Shown here piece after piece: positions 40,869 to 49,531 of a stretch of 49,696 bases of DNA (position 1 is its first letter; each line of letters begins with the position of its first letter). The notes below the pieces were generated by a model, which saw only the letters and a program-made list of their open reading frames with translations, did no database searches and was not told the origin of the DNA. This DNA is from Deltaproteobacteria bacterium. GTDB lineage: Bacteria; Desulfobacterota; DSM-4660; Desulfatiglandales; HGW-15. The stretch lies in NCBI GenBank assembly GCA_019307745.1, contig JAFDJA010000002.1, positions 1 through 49,696 on the forward strand, written 5' to 3'. The position numbers and the translations under genes were made by a program.

Positions 40869-41651
40869 ATGGATATCCACCCCACAGCTATAGTAAGCCC
40901 CAAGGCTGAACTGGCCTCGGGCGTTAAAATCGGGCCGTACTGTGTTATCGGTGAGAAAGTCATTATTGGAAAAGACACTTTACTTGCTTCCCATGTAGTG
41001 ATTGAAGGGCCAGCTACTATTGGAGAGCGAAATGTAATCTATCAGTTCGCGTCCCTGGGCACACCACCCCAGGATACCGGATATAGAGGAGAGGACACAC
41101 GTATCGTCATTGGAAATGATAATGAGATTCGTGAGTATGTAACTATAAACAGGGCCACATCCAAACAGGATTGGGAAACGGTTGTAGGAAATAATAACTT
41201 TCTCATGGCTGCGGCACACGTGGCCCATGACTGTGTAGTCGGTGATCATGTGATCCTGTCAAATGCTGTTGCTGTTGCAGGGCATACCGTTGTCGGAGAT
41301 CATTCTACATTTGGAGGATTTTCGGCAACCCATCAGTATATCCGCATTGGTGTACATGCCTTTATAGGGGGAAAGGTCGCAGTCACCCAGGATATACCTC
41401 CCTTTATGATGGCATCAGCAGGACCGGGTGGAAGGGCCAAATTATTCGGGCCGAACCAGAATGGTCTTAGACACACTGGATTTTCCAGGGAGGTCATTGC
41501 AGGGTTAAAAAGGGCCTATAAGATCATATGGCGGGATAATAGAAGTTTTAAAGACGGCGTAAGGCAGGCTAGGGAGGAAATAGAGCTGTTCCCGGAACTT
41601 AACACACTGCTGGATTTCATCGAGACATCAAAGAGAGGTGTTGCAAGATAA
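40869..41651 (+). CDS. lpxA: Acyl-ACP--UDP-GlcNAc acyltransferase
   Basis: IHPTAIV, PQD, IREYVTINRAT, HVAHDC. Confidence 0.95.
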   Translation: MDIHPTAIVSPKAELASGVKIGPYCVIGEKVIIGKDTLLASHVVIEGPATIGERNVIYQFASLGTPPQDTGYRGEDTRIVIGNDNEIREYVTINRATSKQDWETVVGNNNFLMAAAHVAHDCVVGDHVILSNAVAVAGHTVVGDHSTFGGFSATHQYIRIGVHAFIGGKVAVTQDIPPFMMASAGPGGRAKLFGPNQNGLRHTGFSREVIAGLKRAYKIIWRDNRSFKDGVRQAREEIELFPELNTLLDFIETSKRGVAR

Positions 41652-41749
41652 GCTGTTTAAACTTTGCTTTAAATATAAGACTTTCAGCGCTTTGCTAAGA
41701 TACCGCATACGGATTCAAGTATTATATTTGTAAATATCTTTTAGATAAT

Positions 41750-42592
41750 ATGACCGAAAAAAGAGAAAGTATAGGTATTATATCGGGTGGAGGGCAATTC
41801 CCGCTGCTTGTGGCTGACTCCATACGTCGAATGGGGATGAGGGTCATTGCGGTAGCCCATGTTGAAGACACAGATCCCTCTCTTGAGGAAAAGGTAGATA
41901 AAATTATCTGGATAAAACTCGGGAAGCTTGGCAGACTGATCAAGGTTTTCAAACAGAATAATGTGAAAAAGGTCCTCATGGCCGGGACAATTTCTAAGAA
42001 CCATATGTTCAGCAAGGCGAGACCTGACATAAGGGGATTGAGTTTTATATCCAGGCTGGCAATCTTTCATGATGATGGGATACTGAGGGCGCTGGCGGAT
42101 GAGCTTGCAAAGGAAGGCATTGAGATCGTAAGTTCCACAAAATATCTGCCTGAACTCCTTGCCCCTGAGGGTTGCCTTACAAAACGCAGACCATCAAAGG
42201 GTGACAAGGAGGATATCTGTATCGGATGGGAAGTAGCAAAAGAGCTTGGAAGGCTTGATATCGGACAGTGCGTTGTAGTCAGAAAAAGAGCGATTGTCGC
42301 GCTTGAAGGGATTGACGGGACAGATGCAACGATCTCGAGGGGCGGCAAGCTTGCTGAAAAAGGCGCTGTAGTTGTCAAGATCTGCAAGCCGAATCAGGAC
42401 ACACGCTTTGATGTCCCTTCAGTGGGTCTTGATACACTAAATGTAATGTCAGAGGTAAAGGCTGCAGTTCTTACTGTTGAGGCCGGAAAAACACTGATGT
42501 TTAATCGGGAAGAAATGATAAGGTATGCAGACAAGGAAGGCATTTCTATTATAGCGTATAAGGAAGGACCCGAGGCTCCGGGGCGGAAATAG
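41750..42592 (+). CDS. lpxI: UDP-2,3-diacylglucosamine pyrophosphatase LpxI
   Basis: GIISGGGQFP, LDIGQCVVV, EGIDGTDATI, KPNQDTRFDVPSVG. Confidence 0.92.
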   Translation: MTEKRESIGIISGGGQFPLLVADSIRRMGMRVIAVAHVEDTDPSLEEKVDKIIWIKLGKLGRLIKVFKQNNVKKVLMAGTISKNHMFSKARPDIRGLSFISRLAIFHDDGILRALADELAKEGIEIVSSTKYLPELLAPEGCLTKRRPSKGDKEDICIGWEVAKELGRLDIGQCVVVRKRAIVALEGIDGTDATISRGGKLAEKGAVVVKICKPNQDTRFDVPSVGLDTLNVMSEVKAAVLTVEAGKTLMFNREEMIRYADKEGISIIAYKEGPEAPGRK

Positions 42593-42603
42593 CGGAGAAT
42601 ATT

Positions 42604-43563
42604 ATGAAGATTGATAAGTTAAGAGTAGGTGTTATAGGTGTCGGCCATCTGGGTGAATATCATGTGCAGAAGTACAGGAACATTCCAATGGTAGACCTGG
42701 TGGGCATTGTTGATGCCAACCCTGAACGGGCAGATATGATTGGTCAGTCTTATGATACCAGGATATTTCAAGGACACAAAGAGCTATTAAAAGAGGTGGA
42801 CGCTGTAAGCCTGGTTGTTCCGACGACCGTGCATTATGAGGTAGCCAAAGATGTCCTTGCTCAAGGGATTCATCTCCTAATTGAAAAACCAATAACATAC
42901 AAGCTTGAACCGGCTAACACCCTGGTTGCCATGGCGCAGGAAAAGAATCTTGTGCTTCAGGTCGGGCTGGTAGAAAGATTTAATCCTGCTGTTGTCAAGA
43001 TGGAATCAATCCTTGACCGACCGGTTTTTATTGAGGCGCAACGTATGAATAAGTTTACTCTAAGGGGAACAGACGCGGATGTTGTCCTTGACCTTATGAT
43101 CCATGATCTGGATATTATCCTCCATATAGTTAATTCTGAAATCAAGGAACTCAGGGCCGTTGGGATGTCTGTTACAACGGATAAAACAGACATCGCCAAT
43201 GCCAGAATAATATTTGAGAACGGGACAGTTGCAACACTTACAGCAAGCAGAGTGTCAGACAAGACAATAAGGAAGACGCGTATTTTTCAGCCTGACTGTT
43301 ATATGGAGGTCGATTTTTTCAAGAGAAAACTCAGCATTGCCCGGTTGGGTGATGTGGCAGGAGATCCGTTAAAATTGGCTCAGATCAAGGCAGAAAATGA
43401 GACCTTTCCGGACAGCGACCCATTAGCAGATGAGATAAAATCTTTTGTATATGCAGTAAACAACGGGCGGGAACCTGTTGTGAGTGGTCATGACGGGAGA
43501 AAGGCATTAAAGGTCTCTCTTGATATTATTAAACTGATAAAAAAAGGTTCAAAAAATTTTTAG
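42604..43563 (+). CDS. gnnA: Gfo/Idh/MocA oxidoreductase, probable UDP-GlcNAc 3-dehydrogenase
   Basis: VGVIGVGHLG, LIEKP, ERFNPA, DVVLDLMIHDLD, TASRVS; located between lpxA/lpxI and lpxB. Confidence 0.72.
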   Translation: MKIDKLRVGVIGVGHLGEYHVQKYRNIPMVDLVGIVDANPERADMIGQSYDTRIFQGHKELLKEVDAVSLVVPTTVHYEVAKDVLAQGIHLLIEKPITYKLEPANTLVAMAQEKNLVLQVGLVERFNPAVVKMESILDRPVFIEAQRMNKFTLRGTDADVVLDLMIHDLDIILHIVNSEIKELRAVGMSVTTDKTDIANARIIFENGTVATLTASRVSDKTIRKTRIFQPDCYMEVDFFKRKLSIARLGDVAGDPLKLAQIKAENETFPDSDPLADEIKSFVYAVNNGREPVVSGHDGRKALKVSLDIIKLIKKGSKNF

Positions 43564-43628
43564 TTGCCCGGATGGCTGTTGAGCATATCACCCATGTCCT
43601 TTGAAAGATTAAACTAGATAACTACATT

Positions 43629-44783
43629 GTGAGTAATGCATCAAAACATGTCCTGATTGTCGCTGGTGAGGCATCCGGTGACCTCCACGGATCCAATCTT
43701 GTGAGCGCCATGAAAAAAATTGATCCTGAGATATCTATCCGGGGTATCGGCGGTGACAAGATGATGGACGCAGGAGTGGATATTCTTGCCCATGCTTCTG
43801 ATATGGCAGTTGTCGGACTGACTGAAGCCATATCAAAACTCCATTTTATATACAAGACATCTCTGGGCCTCAAACGGTTAATAAAAAATAGCCGTCCAGA
43901 CCTGCTTATCCTTATTGACTATCCGGATTTTAATATCAACCTTGCTCGCACAGCCAGGCAGTGCAGTGTGCCGGTATTATATTATGTAAGCCCACAGATA
44001 TGGGCATGGAGAAGCGGCAGAATCAAAAAGATAGCTGCAAGGGTGGACAGGATGGCTGTGATACTACCTTTTGAAAAGGAGTTCTATCGCGATAGCGACC
44101 TGAAAGTTGATTATGTGGGACACCCTCTTCTGGATTCCGTTCCCAAGGGGTTGGATAGAGGTCAGTTGGTTGTTGATATGGATCTTAATGGGGCTAGTCC
44201 TGTGATAGGATTTCTGCCTGGAAGCAGAAAAGAGGAAGTGCTGAGTCTGCTTCCTGTTATGGTAAAGGCTGCAGAAGCACTTGCATCCCATTATCCAGGT
44301 TTGAAATGTATTATTCCGGTTGCGCCTACCATTTCCCCTGAATTGGTCCTGTCTATTATCGGGCAATCCGATCTGGATATTCGGATATCCAGATCGGATA
44401 TCTATAAAACCCTGGCAGTCTGTGACCTTGCCCTGGTTGCGTCAGGCACAGCTACCTTGGAGACCGCAATCATGGAGGTTCCAATGGTGATAATTTACAA
44501 GATATCACCTCTCTCATATTGGATAGGTAAAAAGATCATTAATGTTCAGTATATCGGATTGGTCAATCTCATAGCAGGCAAGGAGGTAGTGCCCGAACTT
44601 GTCCAGAAGGAAGTCACTCCTGAAATTATTGAGAAAGAGGTAATTGCCATACTTGGAGACAATCCCCGGAGAGAATTGATAATAAATGATTTGAAAATGG
44701 TCAAACATCGCATGGGAAGCGGCGGGGCTTCTGAAAGGACGGCAAGGATTGCCATGGAGATGATAGAAAATTTTTCACAGTAA
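43629..44783 (+). CDS. lpxB: Lipid-A-disaccharide synthase
   Basis: AGEASGDLHG, IDYPDFN, YYVSPQIWAWR, LPGSRKEE, SGTATLE. Confidence 0.96.
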   Translation: MSNASKHVLIVAGEASGDLHGSNLVSAMKKIDPEISIRGIGGDKMMDAGVDILAHASDMAVVGLTEAISKLHFIYKTSLGLKRLIKNSRPDLLILIDYPDFNINLARTARQCSVPVLYYVSPQIWAWRSGRIKKIAARVDRMAVILPFEKEFYRDSDLKVDYVGHPLLDSVPKGLDRGQLVVDMDLNGASPVIGFLPGSRKEEVLSLLPVMVKAAEALASHYPGLKCIIPVAPTISPELVLSIIGQSDLDIRISRSDIYKTLAVCDLALVASGTATLETAIMEVPMVIIYKISPLSYWIGKKIINVQYIGLVNLIAGKEVVPELVQKEVTPEIIEKEVIAILGDNPRRELIINDLKMVKHRMGSGGASERTARIAMEMIENFSQ

Positions 44784-44817
44784 ACGTCTTTCTTAAAACA
44801 GAGAAGAGGTAAGACCA

Positions 44818-46185
44818 ATGGCAAGAACCATATTAGTGGTTGATGATGAGAAAAGCATACTGCAGTCCCTGGAAGGCATCCTTTCGGACGAAGGTTTCGA
44901 GGTCGTCATTGCCAGGAGTGGAAAAGAGGCGCTGGTGAAAATTGATGAGGTGTTTCCTGACCTGGTCCTGCTGGATATTTGGATGCCGGGTACGGACGGA
45001 ATAGAAACACTAACGGAGATAAAAGAGCGCTATCCTTCCCTGCAGGTAGTTATGATGTCCGGACACGGTACTATTGAGACTGCAGTAAAGGCAACCAGAC
45101 ATGGGGCATATGACTTTATAGAAAAGCCGCTCTCCCTGGAAAAGGTCCTCCTGTCAATAAACAATGCCCTGGATTATTATAAACTGGAACAGAATATTAA
45201 CATCCTGAAGGAAAAGGATAAGGGACGATATCAGATCACTGGAAGCAGCCGGGCTATTGCAGAGCTAAAAGAGCAGATCCGGATTGTAGCTCCTACAAAC
45301 GCATGGGTACTTGTCTCAGGAGAAAACGGCACAGGCAAGGAACTTGTGGCACATATGATACATGATATGAGCGGACGGAGCAGCAAGCCCCTGGTAGAAG
45401 TGAACTGTGCTGCCATCCCTGAAGAGCTGATAGAAAGTGAACTTTTTGGCCATGAAAAAGGTGCCTTTACAGGAGCAAATTCCATGAAGAGGGGCAAATT
45501 TGACCAGGCCAATGAAGGATCTCTTTTCCTTGATGAGATCGGCGACATGAGCCTGAAGGCGCAGGCAAAGACACTCAGGATACTTCAGGAGCAGAAGTTT
45601 GAGAGGGTGGGAGGTGCTAGAACTATTCAGGTGGATGTGCGTGTATTGGCTGCTACAAATAAGGACCTTGAGGCTGAAATTGAAAAGGGGACCTTTAGGG
45701 AGGACCTCTTCTTCCGGTTGAATGTTATCCCAATACAGGTTCCTCCCTTAAGAGAACGCATTGATGACGTGCCCGAACTGACAGAAAAATTCATCAAGGA
45801 CATTTCTGTGGATGCCAACCTTGAATTAAAAGAATTTTCATTAAACGCCATCGAAATACTCAAGAGACACAGCTGGCCCGGCAATGTCAGGGAGCTGAAG
45901 AATCTCGTTGAAAGGCTTGCTATCATGGTGCCAGAGCCTATCATACGGGCCGAGGATATCCCCGCGCCTTATAACAAAATATCAAGGGTTCAGACTTCCC
46001 CGGAATCAAACTTTATGAAGACCAACTCCTTTAAGGACGCGCGGTCGCAATTTGAAAAGGAATTTATTGCCAAAAAACTACAGGAATGCAAGGGGAATAT
46101 CTCTCAGACCGCGGAAACCATAGGGATCGAAAGGAGTAATCTCCATAAAAAGATCAAGGCCTATGATCTGGATAAGTCTAAATAG
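44818..46185 (+). CDS. ntrX: Sigma-54-dependent response regulator (NtrX-like)
   Basis: Receiver motifs LLDIWMP and MMSGHGTIETAV; GENGTGKE; ESELFGHEKGAFTGA; C-terminal HTH ERSNLHKKIK. Confidence 0.85.
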   Translation: MARTILVVDDEKSILQSLEGILSDEGFEVVIARSGKEALVKIDEVFPDLVLLDIWMPGTDGIETLTEIKERYPSLQVVMMSGHGTIETAVKATRHGAYDFIEKPLSLEKVLLSINNALDYYKLEQNINILKEKDKGRYQITGSSRAIAELKEQIRIVAPTNAWVLVSGENGTGKELVAHMIHDMSGRSSKPLVEVNCAAIPEELIESELFGHEKGAFTGANSMKRGKFDQANEGSLFLDEIGDMSLKAQAKTLRILQEQKFERVGGARTIQVDVRVLAATNKDLEAEIEKGTFREDLFFRLNVIPIQVPPLRERIDDVPELTEKFIKDISVDANLELKEFSLNAIEILKRHSWPGNVRELKNLVERLAIMVPEPIIRAEDIPAPYNKISRVQTSPESNFMKTNSFKDARSQFEKEFIAKKLQECKGNISQTAETIGIERSNLHKKIKAYDLDKSK

Positions 46186-46484
46186 CCTTCTTTGGATGCG
46201 CTGCATTATACATGGTTAGGAGTGCATTGGAACAGGCGTTTTTCATTTATGCCCACCATCAGATCTGAAAAATATCAGAATTTGTCATCCGGATTCATCA
46301 ATATCTGTCTTCTTAATACCTGAATCTTGCATAAACAACATTAAAAAATATCATAAAAAGTAATACATTGAAAATCCTTACCCATGGTGGTCAGCCGGTT
46401 GTCAATCTCTGAGAAATTTAATTGTCAACAATGTGTCTGATAATTGGCGCTATTATCGGGCTGAGGTTTTCAATCTTTATTATA

Positions 46485-46904
46485 TCAGGGTGTGTTTTCT
46501 TCAAGATCAACTGATGACATTACAAGACCCAGGGATTCTGCCTCTATTGCGGCGTTTTTCAGTTTTGAGAATTCTCTGGCCGATCTGCGGGTTGCGTTTT
46601 CGGCCATTGTCACCGCATCATTAAAGTTAGCACGAAGCTTTTCCAATATGGAATCATCCCTTTCAGGATCTGCAGTAAGATTTTTTATTCTGGCCTCCAA
46701 CTCTTCAAGTTCAGCTATTGCCTTTAGCGTTTCCTTTTCCGCGTCTTTTGCCCTTTTTTCAGCACGGTTAAAGGCATCCATAGCCTCTGCCATTTTCCCG
46801 GCTGTGCCCTCTTCCGGATCTGCGTCCAAATCAATATTCTGAGCCGCCTTTACAAGGGCCACAGCAGGAAGGTGTGTCAGCAAATTAAAATTCATTAAAA
46901 ACAA
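46485..46904 (-). CDS. Hypothetical Ala/Glu-rich coiled-coil protein (possibly a gene fragment)
   Basis: Open 139-codon frame with helical composition; no clear RBS or start. Confidence 0.5.
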   Translation of the reverse strand: MFLMNFNLLTHLPAVALVKAAQNIDLDADPEEGTAGKMAEAMDAFNRAEKRAKDAEKETLKAIAELEELEARIKNLTADPERDDSILEKLRANFNDAVTMAENATRRSAREFSKLKNAAIEAESLGLVMSSVDLEENTP

Positions 46905-47047
46905 AATCTAATTATCTTTGTAACCGTAAGAATAACACTCTGCGACATTATAAGGTTCCAGATAATATTATTCACTTTAACAACCTTATATCCCCGACTG
47001 CGTCGAACGAAGTGAGCAAAGAATCCTTGACCCCTGATCATCTGCCA

Positions 47048-48223
47048 TTAACGATAAAGTGGATGGTTGGGTTTCATAACTTTTCTCCATTCCTCTGGTT
47101 GTTCCTCCTGCCAGGATGGAATTTTCATTTTCTTTTTACGGTATAGTAATGAAGCAACCTTGAGATAGCTTTTCCGGGCTATGTTCGAACGTTCAAATGC
47201 CTTGATAATAAAATTATGTGGGAATGTACGAGGTCGAGTCCAGGGACAATACGCGACACAAAGACTGCAATTAGCGCCTGAACGCAGAAAATATTCGAAA
47301 CAAGCAGAGGCATTAAGCGGCCACTTTTTCACACCCCTGATCGTTTTTTTCTCACCAATATGGATGGCACCTGCGGGACAGTATTTGACACAAATGTTGC
47401 ACTGGCTACAGAACTCATCCACACCTATATCCACCGGCCTATCATATACCAAAGGCATATCAGTAGTTACAGTCATTGGTTTTATAGCGCTCCCATATTC
47501 TTTTGTGATAAATATGCCGTTTCTTGCAAGCTCCCCAAAGCCGGCATCTATTGCCAACGGTACATGCAGCACTTGAGAATTATGATTATGGGCCCTTGCC
47601 TCATACCCAAGTGAGCGAATGTACCGTGCAAGTGTTACTACTATCGTAGATAGGCGAAGGTATATTGCTCCGGTTGCAAGAGCTATTGTAAAACGGGGAG
47701 CACACTCAATTTCATCTTGTTTGTATGCAATCGCTACGACGATAGCATGTTTATTGGGAGGGTGAGCCGGGATATCGCTAGGGTTGCCTGAATGATCGGG
47801 TGAAGATATATTTTTATACGTCCACGATGGATTAAAAGGTCCAATCTTAACCAAATCCGCGCCCAGATGTCGCGCGAAACCCTTTATTTTAGAAGATGCC
47901 CGTTTGGGATCAATAACTATTTTTTCAGGTGCAGGTTCACCGTCTACGTATTCTTCCTTCGCCATGACATTGGGTATAAAACGCATTGCATTCTCCATTA
48001 GCTCATCTTGTGGAGCTATACGAAGACGATGCTTCCTGCTCTTTTGTAGGTCAGCCCATTTTCTGCTTTGGGCTTCAAGATCAGGGTGTTTTCGGTAATA
48101 GCTTTGCCATAATTCACTGTCTGGAATCAAGTGACGGCGCGCCATTACAGTATCGGCCCGGTCTATTCGCTCGAGTTCTCCCACTATCTCATACTTCGGT
48201 TTAACCAACTCCCGTTTTGACAT
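47048..48223 (-). CDS. Reductive dehalogenase-like cobalamin/2x[4Fe-4S] protein without TAT signal
   Basis: IKGFARHLGADLVKIG, YIRSLGYEARAH, PLAIDAGFGELARNG, VTTDMPL, FCSQCNICVKYCPAGAI, C-x9-CSLCVAYCPW; AAGGAGG RBS. Confidence 0.85.
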   Translation of the reverse strand: MSKRELVKPKYEIVGELERIDRADTVMARRHLIPDSELWQSYYRKHPDLEAQSRKWADLQKSRKHRLRIAPQDELMENAMRFIPNVMAKEEYVDGEPAPEKIVIDPKRASSKIKGFARHLGADLVKIGPFNPSWTYKNISSPDHSGNPSDIPAHPPNKHAIVVAIAYKQDEIECAPRFTIALATGAIYLRLSTIVVTLARYIRSLGYEARAHNHNSQVLHVPLAIDAGFGELARNGIFITKEYGSAIKPMTVTTDMPLVYDRPVDIGVDEFCSQCNICVKYCPAGAIHIGEKKTIRGVKKWPLNASACFEYFLRSGANCSLCVAYCPWTRPRTFPHNFIIKAFERSNIARKSYLKVASLLYRKKKMKIPSWQEEQPEEWRKVMKPNHPLYR

Positions 48224-48799
48224 CTGAATAATCCTCCTTACTAATTTTGCATTGCCTTTATTTCACGTCCGGCTCCTCAAGTTCTTTCTTTAATTTTGCA
48301 GAGGGATATTCCGGTTCATATCAATATCACAGTTCCTAGTGGAAAGACTATACACTGTCATAATCAATGCTACGCCTCAAGGGCATTTTTATCAAGCTTT
48401 CGTTTTGTAATCGTTACTGCTTTCTATAAATCAATGAAGGATTTTTCCAGATCAGAAAGGGAGAAAAATGACATGCTTGGATCTGTGTTAGCTTGCCAAT
48501 ATTGGGTAATGTTTGAATCGTTGTATTTTTCATGGACAGCTCTGATTCCTTCTCTATTTACTTGAGGTTTATCTAAGTGTTCACAAAACCGGTGTAATAT
48601 TAATTAGCCAACTTCTATTTAAAGCACTTGATTCACACCCTGTTTTTTTATATAGTCGGTTGCGATTAGTATTGGTTTTTGGCATATATAAATACGGGGT
48701 AGTATGTATATGGCTTCAGGATATGATGATTAAATCCTGGACCTGACTACCCTTTACATATAAATCATTCAATTGAAAATCTGAAGAGGTGTAATTATT

Positions 48800-49531
48800 A
48801 TGAACCAAACTCTCAAAATAGGAGTTATTGGAGATTTTGATCAAAGTCGGCCTTCACAACTCAAGACTGATGAAGCCATAGATCATGTATCAAATGAATT
48901 GTCCGTCGCTATAGATACTATTTGGCTACCGACAAAATCATTGAAAAAGCAAACTGCGGCCACAAAGCTTCGGGATTTCCATGCTCTTTGGGCTGGCCCT
49001 GGTAGTTATGAAAATCCCGACGGAGTAATAGAAGCTATAAGGTTCTGCAGGGAGCAGCAATGGCCTTTTATAGGGACCTGAGGAGGCTTTCAACATACTC
49101 TGTTAGAGTATGCGATTAATGAACTGAATATTAAAAATGCTTCTCATGAAGGAATAAACCCATCTTTATCGACGCATGTAATCAATAAACTTAGCTGTTC
49201 CCTGGTCGGAGAATCCCAAACGATACGTGTTATACCGGCAACCATAGCATATGAGTCTTATGGAAAGGACTTGATCGTTGAAAGGTTTCAATGTAACTAT
49301 GGTTTAAATGAAAAGTATAGAAATGATTTGAGTGATGGAAACCTTAAAATCTCTGGCTTTGATGATGATGATAATGCCAGAATCATTGAGATACCGAACC
49401 ATCGATTCTTTATTGCAACCTTATTTCTACCGCAGTTTACTTCGAAATCCGGCATGTCCCACCCGTTAATTTTGTCGTTTGTTAAAGCTGCAATAAGATT
49501 TAAGGATATGAAAAATAGGAATAATGTGTAG
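48800..49531 (+). CDS. Stand-alone CTP-synthase-like class I glutamine amidotransferase domain protein with in-frame TGA (probable Sec94) at the nucleophile position (243 aa)
   Basis: ORFs 48800-49081 and 49271-49531 are one frame: ...LWAGPGS...WPFIGT-U-GGFQHTLLEYA...LSCSLVG...FQCNYGLN...HRFFIATLFLPQ...HPLILSFVKAA. The only internal stop is TGA at 49079-49081. Confidence 0.82.
49094..49112 (+). promoter_or_regulatory. Bacterial SECIS-like hairpin
   Basis: CATACTCT-GTT-AGAGTATG: perfect 8-bp stem starting 12 nt after the UGA, with a G-led loop. Confidence 0.7.

Noticed and set aside
509-48204. Numerous 60-240 aa ORFs overlapping assigned genes (e.g. 2085-2450, 11283-11864, 25858-26568)
   Set aside because: Antisense or alternate-frame shadows of well-supported genes, with no motifs of their own.
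48224-48799. Cobalamin riboswitch or rdhB gene beside the dehalogenase-like gene
   Set aside because: No B12-box or GGGAA...GCCACTG pattern and no small multi-TM ORF in the right orientation; ORF 48296-48565 looks spurious.
16367-49081. Genome-wide UGA reassignment (Trp or Gly) as the explanation for the two in-frame TGAs
   Set aside because: Many intact genes end properly at TGA (the MalK-like gene, korB, lysS, lolE), and both read-through TGAs sit at Cys columns followed by hairpins.
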